DNA of 64,000 nt from a virus: UHGV virus genome UHGV-0018629. One strand, written 5' to 3'. The translations under genes were made by a program, and so were the position numbers. A model generated the notes under the pieces. That model ran no database searches, was not told the DNA's origin, and worked only from the letters and a program-made list of their open reading frames with translations. This document shows positions 16,688 through 28,649 of this stretch, piece after piece. Positions within the stretch are counted from its first letter, which is position 1; each line of letters opens with the position of its first letter.

Positions 16688-16933
16688 TTCTAATCGTTTC
16701 TTCATCTTAGAACCATTTTTAGCAATTTCTCCTGCATCGGAGCATAATGCTAAAAGCGCTTTAACTTTAGTTTGATCTCCTTTAAAAGACGAAGGATCGA
16801 CTGCAGCAGCAAGTTCTTTAATACGAGAGAAAAGACGCTCAGCTTCAGCTAAAGCCATTCCAAGCTTTACTTCCATACCGTGGGAAGATTCAGTGATAGT
16901 AGTTTTTGTAGCAAACTCTTTGAAAGTTTTCAT
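16676..16933 (-). CDS. Internal-protein-like small protein (ipI position)
   Basis: 85 aa; N-terminus MKTFKEFATK resembles internal-protein CTS; lies between 57B and tRNAs. Confidence 0.55.
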   Translation of the reverse strand: MKTFKEFATKTTITESSHGMEVKLGMALAEAERLFSRIKELAAAVDPSSFKGDQTKVKALLALCSDAGEIAKNGSKMKKRLEDLK

Positions 16934-16953
16934 TTTATTTTCCTAATTAATTT

Positions 16954-17702
<749 letters not shown>

Positions 17703-17703
<1 letters not shown>

Positions 17704-18428
17704 TATAGTACCTTTAGTGTATTTTTAATTTTAGAAAAAAGTTCTTCAAGAGAACCATCGTTTGTAATTACTAAATCGCCATCACGAATTGGCAATCCAG
17801 CTTCTGTAATATGAGTATCATTGGATTTTTGACCAGGACGAACTACATGAATTACTGTAGCACCCATCGCCCTAGCCGCATCCATTTCATGATCTTGACG
17901 AGTATCAGGAACGATATAATAATCATAACCTGAGTTAAATTTATCAAGATAATCTAAAGCAAATAATTTTACCCAATACATGCGGTCGAAGTTATTAACA
18001 ATCAAATCCGTACCTAGGGCTTGCATCAGACGACGGACTGACCATTGATCTTCAATATTATTTATAACGTCAGTAATCTTATTAAATGCTACGAAAGTAA
18101 CCGATTCTTTTCCTTCGTCATCAAAAACAAACACGCCTTTAATTGGGCTTTTACTATTAAGATAGCAAAATGCTTGTTCCATAATCGTAATTACTTCTAA
18201 TTTAGTCAGATTTAAATTAGTCTCACGATCATAATCAATTCCTTCAAACTCTTTACGAGTTAAGCAAGGATAATCATTGTTTGCTGCAAATACACCCCAT
18301 GCATAAGCCAATGCATCTTTAATAGGACCAGCAAGTTGATATTTAGCTGCAGAATAATTATTCATGATAAAATCTGCAGTAGTATCTTTTCCACTACGCT
18401 TTACACCACTTAAAAAGATTAGTTTCAT
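17703..18428 (-). CDS. 1: Deoxynucleoside monophosphate kinase
   Basis: 241 aa; P-loop MKLIFLSGVKRSGKDT; T4 gp1 length. Confidence 0.9.
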
Positions 18429-18477
18429 ATGTTTCTCCTCAAATTTAGTTAAGATTATAACACATGAAACTGAAGCA

Positions 18478-19008
18478 TTAAACTTCTGCTATAATTTTGC
18501 CATCTTTTTCTACTTGAAAATACGTATAAGGAATCGTTGCTGTGCATACTAAGGCTGGGTCTGAATCTTCCGTGTAGCTAAATTCTACTTCAGACAGGTC
18601 AGAAACCCAAGGCTTATAAAAATTTATTGACATCACGATTTCAGTTTTACTATTATCTAAAATGTAAAGCGTAATGTATTCAGGACCTGTTTTTTGGGCA
18701 GTATTTTCGCCTGTAAGATAGTTACTAGTTCCTAGCATCCATTCATACATTCCTATCCACGACTTAAGCTCTTCATCAACTATAAATCTCACGATGAGTG
18801 GATCGTACTCAAATGTAACTCCTGGACGTTGTGCTCGGCCTAGTCCAAACGGCCCAGTCACGGTATCAGTAACAGGTATTCTAATTCCCGGAATAGGAAC
18901 TGACTGAGCATTTAAAGTAAAAGCAGATGTAGTACTACTATGTGGTATTGATACTACAAAGTTAGTTGTATTTGCTTGGTTAAAAATTTGTTGCAGTGCT
19001 TGCGACAT
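18478..19008 (-). CDS. 3: Tail completion/sheath stabiliser gp3
   Basis: 176 aa from internal Met MSQALQQIF (track ORF extends to 19089); synteny 1-3-2-4. Confidence 0.75.
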   Translation of the reverse strand: MSQALQQIFNQANTTNFVVSIPHSSTTSAFTLNAQSVPIPGIRIPVTDTVTGPFGLGRAQRPGVTFEYDPLIVRFIVDEELKSWIGMYEWMLGTSNYLTGENTAQKTGPEYITLYILDNSKTEIVMSINFYKPWVSDLSEVEFSYTEDSDPALVCTATIPYTYFQVEKDGKIIAEV

Positions 19009-19114
19009 ATATTCCTCATAATGCTTTATAAATGTTGGTGGTATAATGGGTCTAAGTCCCTTCCATTCAATTCCAATTAGAACAAACAATAGAAAAGAAT
19101 GGAAGATAATAGAA

Positions 19115-19939
19115 TTAGATATTTGACCAGACTTTGTTTGCAGAGAAACGTTTTCCTTTTGAAACGAACTGCTGAAGTGGCATCAACACAACGTTCGCCC
19201 AGTCTTTCGGGGCGATTTCAACAAGGCTACCCATAATATTACCAGGTATATATGCCTTAATCATTTGGTCTGCACCCCTAAATCCTTTCACTTGACTCCA
19301 ATCAATTTTTAATTTCGTTTTATTAGTAATAGTAGGTGTATTTGAATATTGCTTTAAAAGCTCTTCTAGAAACTGTTGACGAGCTTTGGGTGGAATATAG
19401 TGCAAGTTCAATCCGTACATTAAATTATGCTTACCTAAACCAAGGTAAATTATCAAAGGAAATTTATCCCAGTAAGGAAGAGTTTCCTTGTGTTTAGCAT
19501 CATAAGCAAAAGCATATATTCGTCCCGGCTGCGGGCGAACAACTTTATGTCCTTTTACTTGCTTAATAGTTTCAGCAAACCACTTTCTGGTTTTATTATT
19601 AATTGCTGCGCCTTCATTACGAATTTTATCACGTAATGTTTGTCTGAATGAATTTATCATAAGCAGTTGTCTTTCTTGCTTATTGAGTTTATTCATTGGT
19701 TTTGATTCAAGCTTTTGAATCTTTTCAGCTGTTTTAATTCCTGAAGCATATTTTGACATTGCCGAAGTAAACGTAGAGTATTTGATTCCTCTTTCTTCAG
19801 CAAATTGCTTTCCTGTCATTCCTTTTGCTTTGGCCTTTTTATATTCAAGACCTATCTGAATCCATTTCTTTTCGTTTAATGATTGCTTAACCTTTGGAAC
19901 TTGGGGAGTGCTTTCATTAATTATTTGAAAAATAGCCAT
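19115..19939 (-). CDS. 2: DNA end-protector protein gp2
   Basis: 274 aa, matches T4 gp2 length and position. Confidence 0.85.
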   Translation of the reverse strand: MAIFQIINESTPQVPKVKQSLNEKKWIQIGLEYKKAKAKGMTGKQFAEERGIKYSTFTSAMSKYASGIKTAEKIQKLESKPMNKLNKQERQLLMINSFRQTLRDKIRNEGAAINNKTRKWFAETIKQVKGHKVVRPQPGRIYAFAYDAKHKETLPYWDKFPLIIYLGLGKHNLMYGLNLHYIPPKARQQFLEELLKQYSNTPTITNKTKLKIDWSQVKGFRGADQMIKAYIPGNIMGSLVEIAPKDWANVVLMPLQQFVSKGKRFSANKVWSNI

Positions 19940-20391
19940 TATGCCCCCTTAAAGCCAAGAGCTCGTAATCCATCTTCTGTTAGAATTCTAAATTTTATTC
20001 CACGCTTTTCAGCTAAAGCTTGCGCTGCTTTCCATTTGTCAGTATTAACGGAATATGTATAAATTTCATTCATAAATCTTTTCTTCGCTGCGGTTGTTAG
20101 ATGTGCTGGTTTAACTGGTGGTTGTGTTTCTTTTTTAGGTTTTATTTCAATAAAAAATTCTTGTCCAGAAGAATCTTTCATCCAAATATCCATGAAGTAT
20201 CTACGTTTTTTCCCTTCTGCATTACAAAAATAAGGAATTACTGCTGTTTCACTACCCCATGCAATAATTTCTGGATTTTTATCTAACCATTCAAAAAAGA
20301 ATTTTTCCCAATTTGATCTATACGTAATTTTTTTAGGGTCACCTCTATATTTTGATATATTTTTAGGAACCCATTTTCCAGAATATGCCAT
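19939..20391 (-). CDS. 4: Head completion protein gp4
   Basis: 150 aa, [21 protein letters not shown]; ATG overlaps gp2 stop. Confidence 0.85.
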   Translation of the reverse strand: MAYSGKWVPKNISKYRGDPKKITYRSNWEKFFFEWLDKNPEIIAWGSETAVIPYFCNAEGKKRRYFMDIWMKDSSGQEFFIEIKPKKETQPPVKPAHLTTAAKKRFMNEIYTYSVNTDKWKAAQALAEKRGIKFRILTEDGLRALGFKGA

Positions 20392-20403
20392 TGGATTCTC
20401 CTT

Positions 20404-20426
20404 ATAAATAGATAATATATTTATAA
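20404..20426. promoter_or_regulatory. Divergent late promoters (TATAAATA on plus for gene 53, on minus for gene 4)
   Basis: tataaata at 20404..20411 plus; tatttata at 20419..20426 is TATAAATA on the minus strand. Confidence 0.65.
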
Positions 20427-20438
20427 ACAGGAGGGCCC

Positions 20439-21029
20439 ATGCTCTTTACATTTTTTGATCCGATTGAATATGCGGCCAAAACGGTGAATAAAAACGCGCC
20501 GACTATTCCTATGACAGATATTTTTAGAAACTATAAAGACTATTTCAAACGTGCTCTTGCGGGATATCGCTTACGTACTTATTATATTAAAGGTTCACCA
20601 CGCCCGGAAGAATTAGCAAATGCTATATATGGAAATCCACAACTGTATTGGGTTTTATTGATGTGTAATGATAATTATGACCCGTATTATGGATGGATTA
20701 CTTCACAAGAAGCTGCTTATCAAGCATCTATACAAAAATACAAAAATGTAGGTGGAGACCAAATAGTATACCATGTGAATGAGAACGGTGAAAAATTTTA
20801 TAATTTAGTATCATATGATGATAATCCATATGTTTGGTATGATAAAGGTGATAAAGCTAGAAAATATCCTCAATATGAAGGAGCGCTTGCTGCGGTCGAT
20901 ACGTATGAAGCTGCTGTTCTTGAAAATGAAAAACTTCGTCAAATAAAAATAATAGCAAAATCGGACATCAATTCATTTATGAACGACCTTATACGTATAA
21001 TGGAGAAATCTTATGGAAATGATAAGTAA
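20439..21029 (+). CDS. 53: Baseplate wedge protein gp53
   Basis: 196 aa; precedes gene 5; late promoter upstream. Confidence 0.85.
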   Translation: MLFTFFDPIEYAAKTVNKNAPTIPMTDIFRNYKDYFKRALAGYRLRTYYIKGSPRPEELANAIYGNPQLYWVLLMCNDNYDPYYGWITSQEAAYQASIQKYKNVGGDQIVYHVNENGEKFYNLVSYDDNPYVWYDKGDKARKYPQYEGALAAVDTYEAAVLENEKLRQIKIIAKSDINSFMNDLIRIMEKSYGNDK

Positions 21030-22740
21030 TAACCTTAATTGGTTTGTTGGTGTTGTTGAAGATAGAATGGACCCATTAAAATTAGGTCGTGTTCGTGTTC
21101 GTGTAGTTGGTCTGCATCCACCTCAAAGAGCCCAAGGCGACGTAATGGGTATTCCAACTGATAAATTACCATGGATGTCAGTTATTCAACCTATAACTTC
21201 TGCAGCAATGTCTGGAATTGGAGGCTCCGTTACTGGTCCGGTAGAAGGAACTAGAGTTTATGGTCATTTTTTAGACAAATGGAAAACTAACGGAATTGTC
21301 CTTGGCACGTATGGTGGAATAGTTCGCGAAAAGCCTAATAGACTTGAAGGATTTTCTGACCCAACTGGACAGTATCCTAGACGTCTAGGAAATGATACTA
21401 ACGTATTAAACCAAGGCGGAGAAGTAGGATATGATTCGTCTTCTAATATTATCCAAGATAGCAATCTAGATACTGCGATAAATCCCGATGATAGACCGTT
21501 ATCAGAAATTCCAACTGATGATAATCCAAATATGTCAATGGCTGAAATGCTTCGCCGTGATGAAGGATTAAGACTAAAGGTTTATTGGGATACTGAAGGA
21601 TATCCAACAATTGGTATTGGTCATCTTATCATGAAGCAACCAGTTCGTGATATGGCTCAAATTAATAAAGTTTTATCAAAACAAGTTGGTCGTGAAATTA
21701 CCGGAAATCCAGGTTCTATTACAATGGAAGAAGCGGTAACTTTATTTGAACGTGATTTGGCTGATATGCAACGCGACATTAAATCACATTCTAAAGTTGG
21801 CCCAGTTTGGCAAGCAGTTAATCGTTCTCGTCAAATGGCATTAGAAAATATGGCATTTCAGATGGGTGTTGGCGGTGTAGCTAAATTTAACACAATGTTA
21901 ACTGCTATGTTAGCCGGAGATTGGGAAAAGGCATATAAAGCTGGTCGTGATTCATTGTGGTATCAACAAACAAAAGGCCGTGCATCCCGTGTTACCATGA
22001 TTATTCTTACAGGTAATTTGGAATCATATGGTATTGAAGTGAAAACACCGGCTAGGTCTTTGTCAGCAATGGCTGCTGCTGTAGCAAAGTCTTCTGATCC
22101 AGCTGACCCTCCTATTCCGAATGATTCGAGAATTTTATTCAAAGAGCCTGTTTCTTCATATAAAGGTGAATATCCGTATGTTCACACAATGGAAACTGAA
22201 AGCGGTCATATTCAGGAATTTGATGATACCCCTGGGCAAGAACGATATAGATTAGTTCATCCGACTGGAACGTATGAGGAAGTATCACCGTCAGGAAGAA
22301 GAACAAGAAAAACTGTTGATAATTTGTATGATATAACAAATGCTGATGGTAATTTTTTGGTAGCTGGTGATAAAAAGACTAACGTTGGTGGATCAGAAAT
22401 TTATTACAACATGGATAATCGTCTCCACCAAATAGATGGAAGCAATACAATATTTGTACGTGGCGATGAAACTAAGACGGTTGAAGGTAATGGAACTATC
22501 CTAATCAAAGGTAATGTTACTATTGTAGTTGAAGGTAATGCTGACATTACAGTTAAAGGAGATGCTACCACTTTAGTTGAAGGAAATCAAACTAACACAG
22601 TAAATGGAAATCTTTCTTGGAAAGTTGCTGGGACAGTTGATTGGGACGTTGGTGGTGATTGGACAGAAAAAATGGCATCTATGAGTTCTATTTCATCTGG
22701 TCAATACACAATTGATGGATCGAGGATTGACATTGGCTAA
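21013..22740 (+). CDS. 5: Baseplate central spike / cell-puncturing protein with lysozyme domain, gp5
   Basis: 575 aa; internal lysozyme domain MAEMLRRDEGLRLKVYWDTEGYPTIGIGHLI homologous to e; C-terminal VEGN/VKGD beta-helix repeats. Confidence 0.95.
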   Translation: MEMISNNLNWFVGVVEDRMDPLKLGRVRVRVVGLHPPQRAQGDVMGIPTDKLPWMSVIQPITSAAMSGIGGSVTGPVEGTRVYGHFLDKWKTNGIVLGTYGGIVREKPNRLEGFSDPTGQYPRRLGNDTNVLNQGGEVGYDSSSNIIQDSNLDTAINPDDRPLSEIPTDDNPNMSMAEMLRRDEGLRLKVYWDTEGYPTIGIGHLIMKQPVRDMAQINKVLSKQVGREITGNPGSITMEEAVTLFERDLADMQRDIKSHSKVGPVWQAVNRSRQMALENMAFQMGVGGVAKFNTMLTAMLAGDWEKAYKAGRDSLWYQQTKGRASRVTMIILTGNLESYGIEVKTPARSLSAMAAAVAKSSDPADPPIPNDSRILFKEPVSSYKGEYPYVHTMETESGHIQEFDDTPGQERYRLVHPTGTYEEVSPSGRRTRKTVDNLYDITNADGNFLVAGDKKTNVGGSEIYYNMDNRLHQIDGSNTIFVRGDETKTVEGNGTILIKGNVTIVVEGNADITVKGDATTLVEGNQTNTVNGNLSWKVAGTVDWDVGGDWTEKMASMSSISSGQYTIDGSRIDIG

Positions 22741-23269
22741 TATACTTCCAATGAGCGCTGATTTAGGAGAATCCATGGAAGGTTCTTCTATCGACGTCAC
22801 CTTTACCGCTCAATTAGAAACAGGTGAAACGTTAGTATCTATAAATATAACTAGTTACGAAGAAACTCCTGGGGTTTTAGTAGAAGAAAATCGCTTATAT
22901 GGAACATATGAATCTGTATTTGGTTTCGGAAATGACGCGTTGAAATATCGTTTAGGCGATGAATTTAAAACTGCTGCTTCATGGGAAGAACTTCCTACTG
23001 ATTCTGATACTCAGCTGTATTTGTGGAAAGCTCCTCAAAATCTCCAGAAGACATTCACTTACGAAGTAACATTAATATATGACTACCAAGAACAAGGTGA
23101 ATCTGGAGGTTCTGGCAGTAATTCTAGGTCATCTTCTGATACTACTGAACCAACTAATCCTCCAGCTCCAATAAGAAAAACTCTTGTTAAAAATTATACA
23201 AAAACTATAGTTGGAAATTGGAGTCGTTGGGCTAATAAATTGAGAAGCTACGTGTATGAGAGGCAATAA
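22712..23269 (+). CDS. 5.1: gp5.1-like baseplate-associated protein (start uncertain)
   Basis: ORF between 5 and 5.4; internal Met MSADLGES may be the true start. Confidence 0.6.
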   Translation: MMDRGLTLANILPMSADLGESMEGSSIDVTFTAQLETGETLVSINITSYEETPGVLVEENRLYGTYESVFGFGNDALKYRLGDEFKTAASWEELPTDSDTQLYLWKAPQNLQKTFTYEVTLIYDYQEQGESGGSGSNSRSSSDTTEPTNPPAPIRKTLVKNYTKTIVGNWSRWANKLRSYVYERQ

Positions 23270-23563
23270 ATGTCAGGATTAAGCTATGATAAGTGTGTTA
23301 CTGCTGGCCATGAAGCATGGCCTCCAACAGTTGTGAATGCTACACAAAGTAAAGTATTCACTGGAGGAATTGCTGTTCTCGTAGCAGGCGATCCAATTAC
23401 AGAACATACAGAAATTAAAAAGCCATATGAAACACATGGCGGAGCGACACAACCTAGAACTTCTAAGGTATATGTCACTGGAAAGAAAGCTGTTCAAATG
23501 GCTGATCCAATATCATGTGGTGATACTGTGGCTCAGGCATCATCTAAAGTATTCATTAAATAG
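23270..23563 (+). CDS. 5.4: PAAR-repeat spike tip protein gp5.4
   Basis: 97 aa, Gly/Pro-rich PAAR-like repeats, position after 5.1. Confidence 0.8.
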   Translation: MSGLSYDKCVTAGHEAWPPTVVNATQSKVFTGGIAVLVAGDPITEHTEIKKPYETHGGATQPRTSKVYVTGKKAVQMADPISCGDTVAQASSKVFIK

Positions 23564-23571
23564 GATTTAAA

Positions 23572-25554
23572 ATGGCAAATACCCCTGTAAATTATCAATT
23601 AACAAGAACAGCAAATGCTATTCCCGAGATATTCGTCGGGGGTACATTTGCTGAAATAAAACAAAACCTCATTGAATGGCTTAATGGCCAAAATGAATTT
23701 TTGGATTATGATTTTGAAGGCTCAAGATTAAACGTTCTGTGCGACCTTTTGGCTTATAATACATTATACATTCAGCAGTTTGGTAATGCTGCCTTGTACG
23801 AAAGCTTTATGCGTACTGCTAATTTGCGTAGTTCAGTAGTTCAAGCTGCACAAGATAATGGATATTTACCTACTTCAAAATCAGCTGCTCAAACTGAAAT
23901 TATGCTAACTTGTACAGACGCATTGAATAGAAATTACATTACTATTCCTCGTGGTACTCGCTTTTTAGCATATGCAAAAGATACTTCCGTTAACCCATAT
24001 AACTTCGTTTCCACCGAAGACGTTATTGCTATTCGTGATAAAAATAACCAATATTTTCCGCGTTTAAAATTAGCCCAGGGGCGTATAGTAAGAACTGAAA
24101 TCATTTATGATAAATTAACACCTATTATCATTTATGACAAAAATATAGATAGAAACCAAGTTAAACTATACGTTGATGGAGCAGAATGGATTAACTGGAC
24201 AAGAAAGTCAATGGTTCATGCTGGTTCTACATCAACAATTTACTACATGCGTGAAACTATTGATGGGAATACCGAATTTTATTTTGGTGAAGGCGAGATT
24301 TCTGTTAATGCGGCAGAAGGAGCATTGACTGCTAATTATATTGGAGGTCTTAAACCTACCCAGAACTCTACGATTGTTATTGAGTACATCAGTACTAACG
24401 GTGCAGATGCGAATGGCGCAGTCGGATTTTCATATGCAGATACATTAACAAATATAACTGTCATCAACATTAATGAAAATCCAAACGATGACCCAGATTT
24501 TGTTGGGGCAGATGGCGGTGGTGATCCAGAAGATATTGAACGTATTCGTGAATTGGGTACTATTAAGCGTGAAACTCAACAACGATGTGTAACTGCGACA
24601 GATTATGATACATTCGTTTCGGAGAGATTTGGTTCTATTATTCAAGCAGTTCAGACTTTCACTGATTCTACTAAACCTGGTTATGCATTTATTGCTGCTA
24701 AACCTAAATCAGGGCTATATTTAACTACTGTACAGCGCGAAGATATTAAAAATTATCTCAAAGACTATAATTTAGCTCCTATTACACCGTCAATTATTTC
24801 TCCTAATTATCTTTTTATTAAGACTAATTTAAAAGTCACATATGCTTTAAATAAGCTGCAAGAATCCGAACAGTGGCTCGAAGGTCAAATAATTGATAAA
24901 ATTGATCGTTATTATACCGAAGATGTAGAAATTTTTAACTCATCTTTCGCTAAATCTAAGATGTTGACATATGTAGATGATGCAGATCATTCTATCATTG
25001 GTTCATCAGCGACAATTCAAATTGTTCGTGAAGTACAAAACTTCTATAAAACGCCTGAAGCAGGTATTAAATACAATAATCAAATAAAAGATCGTTCTAT
25101 GGAATCTAATACGTTTTCATTTAATTCTGGACGAAAGGTTGTAAATCCTGATACTGGTTTAGAAGAAGATGTATTATATGACGTTCGCATAGTATCAACA
25201 GACCGAGATTCTAAAGGAATTGGTAAAGTTATTATTGGTCCATTTGCTTCTGGCGATGTTACAGAAAATGAAAACATTCAGCCATATACAGGCAACGATT
25301 TTAACAAATTAGCAAATTCTGATGGACGCGACAAATACTATGTTATCGGTGAAATAAACTATCCAGCTGACACAATTTATTGGAATATCGCTAAAATTAA
25401 TTTAACATCTGAAAAATTTGAAGTTCAGACTATTGAATTATATTCTGATCCAACAGATGATGTTATCTTTACTCGCGATGGTTCACTGATTGTATTTGAA
25501 AATGACTTACGTCCACAATACTTAACTATCGATTTGGAGCCTATATCACAATGA
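23572..25554 (+). CDS. 6: Baseplate wedge protein gp6
   Basis: 660 aa, T4 gp6 length and synteny. Confidence 0.9.
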   Translation: MANTPVNYQLTRTANAIPEIFVGGTFAEIKQNLIEWLNGQNEFLDYDFEGSRLNVLCDLLAYNTLYIQQFGNAALYESFMRTANLRSSVVQAAQDNGYLPTSKSAAQTEIMLTCTDALNRNYITIPRGTRFLAYAKDTSVNPYNFVSTEDVIAIRDKNNQYFPRLKLAQGRIVRTEIIYDKLTPIIIYDKNIDRNQVKLYVDGAEWINWTRKSMVHAGSTSTIYYMRETIDGNTEFYFGEGEISVNAAEGALTANYIGGLKPTQNSTIVIEYISTNGADANGAVGFSYADTLTNITVININENPNDDPDFVGADGGGDPEDIERIRELGTIKRETQQRCVTATDYDTFVSERFGSIIQAVQTFTDSTKPGYAFIAAKPKSGLYLTTVQREDIKNYLKDYNLAPITPSIISPNYLFIKTNLKVTYALNKLQESEQWLEGQIIDKIDRYYTEDVEIFNSSFAKSKMLTYVDDADHSIIGSSATIQIVREVQNFYKTPEAGIKYNNQIKDRSMESNTFSFNSGRKVVNPDTGLEEDVLYDVRIVSTDRDSKGIGKVIIGPFASGDVTENENIQPYTGNDFNKLANSDGRDKYYVIGEINYPADTIYWNIAKINLTSEKFEVQTIELYSDPTDDVIFTRDGSLIVFENDLRPQYLTIDLEPISQ

Positions 25555-28500
25555 CAGTAAAAGCACCTTCAGTCACTAGTCTCAGAATTTCCAAGTTATC
25601 CGCAAATCAGGTGCAAGTACGCTGGGATGACGTTGGTGCTAATTTCTACTATTTTGTAGAAATCGCTGAGACAAAAACAAACTCGGGGGAAAATCTCCCG
25701 AGTAATCAATACAGATGGATTAACTTAGGATATACTGCAAATAACAGCTTCTTTTTTGACGATGCTGACCCATTGACATCATACATTATTAGAGTGGCTA
25801 CAGCTGCACAAGATTTTGAGCAGTCTGATTGGATTTATACCGAAGAGTTTGAAACTTTTGCTACAAATGCTTATACATTTCAAAATATGATTGAAATGCA
25901 ATTAGCTAATAAATTCATTCAGGAAAAATTTACTCTTAATAATTCTGATTATGTTAATTTTAATAATGACACTATAATGGCTGCGTTGATGAATGAATCA
26001 TTTCAGTTCAGCCCATCGTATGCTGATGTCTCATCAATCAGTAATTTTATTATTGGTGAAAACGAGTATCATGAAATACAAGGTTCTATTCAGCAAGTAT
26101 GTAAGGATATTAACCGAGTTTATTTGATGGAATCAGAAGGGATTCTATATCTTTTTGAGCGTTATCAACCCGTAGTTAAAGTATCAAATGATAAAGGACA
26201 AACTTGGAAAGCTGTAAAGCTCTTCAATGACCGTGTAGGATATCCTTTATCTAAGACGGTATATTACCAATCTGCGAACACAACATACGTTCTAGGATAC
26301 GACAAGATTTTCTATGGCCGCAAATCTACTGATGTCAGATGGTCAGCTGACGATGTCAGATTTAGTTCGCAGGATATAACATTCGCTAAACTTGGCGATC
26401 AATTACATTTAGGATTTGATGTAGAAATTTTTGCCACTTACGCGACTTTACCAGCGAATGTATATCGCATTGCAGAAGCTATTACTTGCACCGATGATTA
26501 CATTTACGTTGTCGCCAGAGACAAAGTTAGATACATAAAAACGAGTAATGCACCTATAGATTCTGATCCATTATCTCCAACATATTCGGAAAGGCTTTTT
26601 GAACCTGATACTATGACTATAACTGGAAATCCTAAAGCAGTATGCTATAAAATGGATTCTATCGGTGATAAAGTTTTTGCTCTTATTATTGGTGAAGTTG
26701 AAACATTAAATGCTAATCCTAGAACATCAAAAATAATTGATTCTGCTGATAAAGGAATATATGTTTTAAATCATGACACAAAAACGTGGAAAAGAGTTTT
26801 TGGCAATACTGAAGAAGAAAGAAGACGTATTCAACCAGGGTATGCGAATATGTCAACTGACGGTAAATTAGTTTCGCTATCTTCGAGTAATTTTAAATTT
26901 TTAAGTGATAATATTGTTAATGACCCTGAAACTGCAGCAAAGTATCAGTTAATTGGTGCCGTTAAATATGAATTTCCTCGTGAATGGTTAGCTGATAAGC
27001 ATTATCATATGATGGCATTTATAGCAGATGAAAAATCTGATTGGGAAACTTTTACGCCTCAGCCAATGAAATACTATGCAGAACCATTCTTTAACTGGTC
27101 TAAAAAATCTAACACACGATGTTGGATAAACAACTCTGATAGAGCTGTAGTGGTTTATGCTGATTTAAAATACACTAAAGTTATTGAAAATTTTCCAGAA
27201 ACATCTCCAGATAGATTAGTTCATGAATACTGGGATGACGGCGATTGCACTATAGTAATGCCAAATGTTAAATTCACTGGATTTAAAAAATATGCATCTG
27301 GGATGCTTTTCTATAAAGCCTCCGGCGAAATAATTTCTTACTATGATTTTAACTATCGTGTTAGAGACACTGTCGAAATTATTTGGAAGCCAACTGGAGT
27401 ATTTTTAAAGGCATTTTTACAAAACCAAGAACATGAAACTCCTTGGTCGCCTGAAGAAGAGCGTGGATTAGCTGACCCTGATTTAAGACCATTAATTGGC
27501 ACAATGATGCCTGATTCTTATTTGTTGCAGGATTCGAATTTTGAAGCATTTTGCGAAGCATATATTCAATATCTTTCTGATGGATATGGAACTCAGTATA
27601 ACAATTTACGAAATTTAATTCGTAACAAATATCCACGAGAAGAGCATGCATGGGAATATTTGTGGTCAGAGATATATAAAAGAAACATTTATTTAAATGC
27701 TGACAAACGTGATGCTGTCGCAAGATTTTTCGAATCACGCAGCTATGATTTTTATTCTACTAAAGGAATTGAAGCATCATACAAATTTCTTTTTAAAGTT
27801 CTTTATAATGAAGAAGTTGAAATTGAAATCGAATCTGGGGCTGGTACTGAATATGATATAATCGTTCAATCTGATTCTTTGACCGAAGACTTAGTAGGAC
27901 AAACGATTTATACAGCTACAGGAAGATGTAATGTTACTTATATAGAAAGAAGCTATTCTAATGGTAAATTGCAATGGACCGTAACTATTCATAATCTTTT
28001 GGGAAGATTAATTGCCGGTCAAGAAGTTAAAGCAGAAAGACTCCCTAGTTTCGAAGGCGAAATTATTCGCGGGGTTAAAGGAAAAGATTTGCTTCAAAAT
28101 AATATAGACTATATTAATAGAAGTCGATCATATTATGTAATGAAAATTAAATCCAATTTGCCTTCTTCCCGCTGGAAATCTGACGTTATTCGTTTTGTTC
28201 ATCCAGTAGGATTTGGATTTATAGCAATTACCCTTTTAACGATGTTTATTAATGTTGGTTTAACTCTTAAACATACAGAGACTATAATTAATAAATACAA
28301 AAACTACAAATGGGATTCTGGATTGCCTACTGAATATGCTGATAGAGTAGCTAAATTGACTCCGACTGGTGAAATTGAGCATGATTCGGTAACAGGCGAA
28401 GCAATTTATGAACCTGGCCCAATGGCTGGCGTAGAATATCCTCTTCCTGATGACTATAATACTGAAAATAACAATTCAATATTTCAAGGTCAATTGCCGT

Positions 28501-28649
28501 CTGAACGACGCAAATTAATGAGTCCTCTATTTGACGCATCTGGAACAACGTTTGCGCAATTTAGAGATTTAGTTAATAAACGTCTAAAAGATAATATAGG
28601 AAATCCAAGAGACCCTGAAAATCCAACACAGGTTAAAATAGATGAATGA
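25551..28649 (+). CDS. 7: Baseplate wedge protein gp7
   Basis: 1032 aa, T4 gp7 length and synteny. Confidence 0.9.
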   Translation: MTVKAPSVTSLRISKLSANQVQVRWDDVGANFYYFVEIAETKTNSGENLPSNQYRWINLGYTANNSFFFDDADPLTSYIIRVATAAQDFEQSDWIYTEEFETFATNAYTFQNMIEMQLANKFIQEKFTLNNSDYVNFNNDTIMAALMNESFQFSPSYADVSSISNFIIGENEYHEIQGSIQQVCKDINRVYLMESEGILYLFERYQPVVKVSNDKGQTWKAVKLFNDRVGYPLSKTVYYQSANTTYVLGYDKIFYGRKSTDVRWSADDVRFSSQDITFAKLGDQLHLGFDVEIFATYATLPANVYRIAEAITCTDDYIYVVARDKVRYIKTSNAPIDSDPLSPTYSERLFEPDTMTITGNPKAVCYKMDSIGDKVFALIIGEVETLNANPRTSKIIDSADKGIYVLNHDTKTWKRVFGNTEEERRRIQPGYANMSTDGKLVSLSSSNFKFLSDNIVNDPETAAKYQLIGAVKYEFPREWLADKHYHMMAFIADEKSDWETFTPQPMKYYAEPFFNWSKKSNTRCWINNSDRAVVVYADLKYTKVIENFPETSPDRLVHEYWDDGDCTIVMPNVKFTGFKKYASGMLFYKASGEIISYYDFNYRVRDTVEIIWKPTGVFLKAFLQNQEHETPWSPEEERGLADPDLRPLIGTMMPDSYLLQDSNFEAFCEAYIQYLSDGYGTQYNNLRNLIRNKYPREEHAWEYLWSEIYKRNIYLNADKRDAVARFFESRSYDFYSTKGIEASYKFLFKVLYNEEVEIEIESGAGTEYDIIVQSDSLTEDLVGQTIYTATGRCNVTYIERSYSNGKLQWTVTIHNLLGRLIAGQEVKAERLPSFEGEIIRGVKGKDLLQNNIDYINRSRSYYVMKIKSNLPSSRWKSDVIRFVHPVGFGFIAITLLTMFINVGLTLKHTETIINKYKNYKWDSGLPTEYADRVAKLTPTGEIEHDSVTGEAIYEPGPMAGVEYPLPDDYNTENNNSIFQGQLPSERRKLMSPLFDASGTTFAQFRDLVNKRLKDNIGNPRDPENPTQVKIDE

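Noticed and set aside
23279-23497. Minus-strand ORFs overlapping gene 5.4
   Set aside because: Antisense shadows within the PAAR-repeat gene
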